Of a DNA stretch of 64,000 bases, positions 61,627 to 64,000 are shown piece after piece. Numbering within the stretch: the stretch's first letter is position 1; every line of letters begins with the position of its first letter. Under the pieces are notes generated by a model. The model saw only the letters and a program-made list of their open reading frames with translations. It had not been told where the DNA came from and did no database searches. The translations under genes were made by a program, and so were the position numbers. Origin of the DNA: Rhynchobatus australiae (Eukaryota); the NCBI GenBank assembly GCA_034780895.1, contig JAUZTB010000068.1, forward strand, positions 21,215,964 through 21,279,963, given 5' to 3'.

Positions 61627-64000
61627 GTCACACACAACGCTGAATAGCATCTGTTGTGATCCTATTTTCACCGCCAATCGTGCAACATTATGAATGCCAC
61701 TGAAGATTCGACCTTGTGCACTCTCCCCTTCCCCTATTACGTTTCAGCCCCATGTGGTCAAACTGCAGCTTCTCAGAAAGTTGACTCTTTAATGGCTGTT
61801 TGTCTCCTGCTTTTGCTTTAGTTTGCATATGAGATAAAACTGTGGGAAGTGTGCTACAGGAGAAAAAGCCTTCAAATCTCCTGATTAAAACTCTATGTTG
61901 AAGTACTTTGCAAGTTACCCAGCAAAAAGTATGCCACAGAAATGTCAACTCTATCCTATCAGTTTTCATTTCAAATCAAAATATAAGATTTAAAAGAATT
62001 AAAAATTTGAAAATTCCACACCATGTATTTAATTTAGCATTGAAAAATGATATAATCTTGCTTTTAATTTAAAAGCAAACTAATGAAGATATTTGATCTT
62101 AAAGCTTTTACACTTCTTTAAACTTCTCACAAATCACAGATTGCTTTATTTACAAAATCCTACTGTGAATGGTTACATAATCTTATGATAAATATTTATG
62201 TTGGTTTATCAACGATTTTATAGAATATTAAGTGATTTAACAAGGTGACTCTTGAATTCAACAAAACAATCCTTTTAATTAACCAAAATAAATCCTATGT
62301 GCAATGCAAAGGAGTTTTCAATAAGATAGCTTCAGCCAATGTAATGTAAGAATTCTAAGGGAAAACATGTGCATCCTTTTCAGTACAATCTTGCCATGGA
62401 AACACTAATCAACTCAAATTCCTTTTCTGTTTTGTCACATCCTGGGTGCCTCTCCAATTCCTGCTTCGGCTTCCTTGTTTTGCTTCTCTCATCCTTTTAC
62501 AATGATACAACCACAGTGCTGAGGATAAACAGCAATCAGTCCACCAGTTTAAGAAAACATTCCCTCGTATATTCTTTTACAACATAATGAAAAAGTTTTT
62601 GCAGAACCTATGGAAATTCAAATATGATAATTGTCTGTACCCAGTGGAGTTCATGAAATAATATTATTCAAAGTCATAAGATATTCTTTATCTTTTCAAA
62701 CACTTCTTTGGTTTGGAGCACTTTCTCAAAACCATGCTTTTGGAAGGGGGGCATAAATGCTCAGTATTTACAGTCAGCCTAGGGCCTGCACTTCAACAGC
62801 AATTTAATACAATTGTTTGCAGTCACTAAGATTTTCCCACAAAATCAAATGTTTACATTTATGAGTACAGTACTACATTGACAGTAAATTTTCTAAATGA
62901 AAACATTTACATTTAATTGCTTAAACACGTTCATAACTATTTTTAATNNNNNNNNNNGAAAACATTTGCTCTTTTGCTGTGCACAGTCATTCCTCCAGAA
63001 ATCCTTAGATTACAAATTATTCACTGATTTAAATCAAGGGGATTAAAATTAATCCTCTTATGGCTAAACCAGTCTGTATGCTTCATTGCAGTGCTGTTTT
63101 ACAAATGTTGTGATAGAATCAAGGTACAGGTGAATAAATTATTTATGTATTATGATCAGCAAATTAACTAACAGGGTAACAAAACGGAGTTATGCTAAAA
63201 TTGCATAAATTCCTGTTCTGGTTGCATTTAAGAGTACTGAGGAGCTCCAGTCTCTATACTGTGTCAAAGAATCAAAAGGGAAATATGGAAAAAAAATGTG
63301 TACCAAGGTCTCTTTCCAGACGATTATCCAAGCAACATAGATAAACAATAAACTGGCATCACAATGATTGATGATAATACTAATTATATGATCCACAGTT
63401 CTTTTATTACTTAATGGGTTTGAACAAATGTGCATAGGAAACTGTGTCAATTTCAGTCAATAAATCAAAAGAACTAATCTTATTTCCTCCATTCCTTGCT
63501 GCTCCTCTATCTGCATCTTTGTGCTGTTTTGAATTTGCTTTCATCTTTGTTTTCCTTTCATTTTCTTCTGCTAGTTAAATTGCTATTAAGTAACTCCATC
63601 CAAGAAAATAAAAATAATTTAAAAATTAAGCTTGCCTTTTATGGAACCTACTTTATTGTACCCCAATAAAAGTAGGTCATTTTTAAATTTGCAAAAATCT
63701 TTTATCTCTGAACAATTCCAGCCACTCTCAAAGAAAATTGAAATGCAGAATGATTAATAAAAAGAACTGGAGGCCAAGTGGATTACCACACTGTCCCTTC
63801 ACATTCTGATATTTAATTTGTATTAATAAAATTTTAAAGAAAAAGAAAAACCAACATCTGTTTTTATTATTACCACATGTGGATAAAGGTTGCAAAACAA
63901 AATGCTATTTGGCAACCTCACGTGAAAAGGCCACAGAGTGGCTAACGTGGGAAAAGGTGAAGGATTCCCAGTGATGCAGGAAGTGTGTTCATCAGAAACA

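Noticed and set aside
62370-63575. Purine-rich, coding-looking stretches on the - strand (~62400-62500 and ~63410-63570)
   Set aside because: No convincing start or phase-0 splice pair giving an open frame into MACF1, and no spectrin-like sequence; the preceding rod exon must lie beyond 64000.

Overview
Vertebrate genomic DNA, AT-rich, from a gapped draft assembly. The repeat landscape (CR1 LINEs, a V-domain SINE, Penelope-type inverted repeats) suggests a cartilaginous fish; this is inference. The whole window lies inside one minus-strand gene, the spectraplakin MACF1. I traced 29 spectrin-repeat rod exons between 729 and 48571 (about 1,600 aa, phases consistent; one acceptor and part of one exon fall in N gaps), including a 9-nt microexon and a 327-nt one-repeat cassette exon. 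Inside the upstream intron is a ~3.7-kb intronless ORF (56533-60276, -) resembling KIAA0754. It has two possible fates: stop and polyadenylate as a stand-alone protein, or use a phase-0 donor 27 nt before its end and splice in frame onto the MACF1 rod. The spliced form would carry a probably lipid-anchored, acidic, repeat-rich head instead of the actin-binding and plakin domains. Other leads are candidate extra exons, a cluster of three hairpins near 30.8-31.2 kb, and degenerate hammerhead-ribozyme cores. There is no prokaryotic content and no CRISPR array. Homology statements come from my recollection of human sequences, not from a search, and repeat boundaries are approximate.
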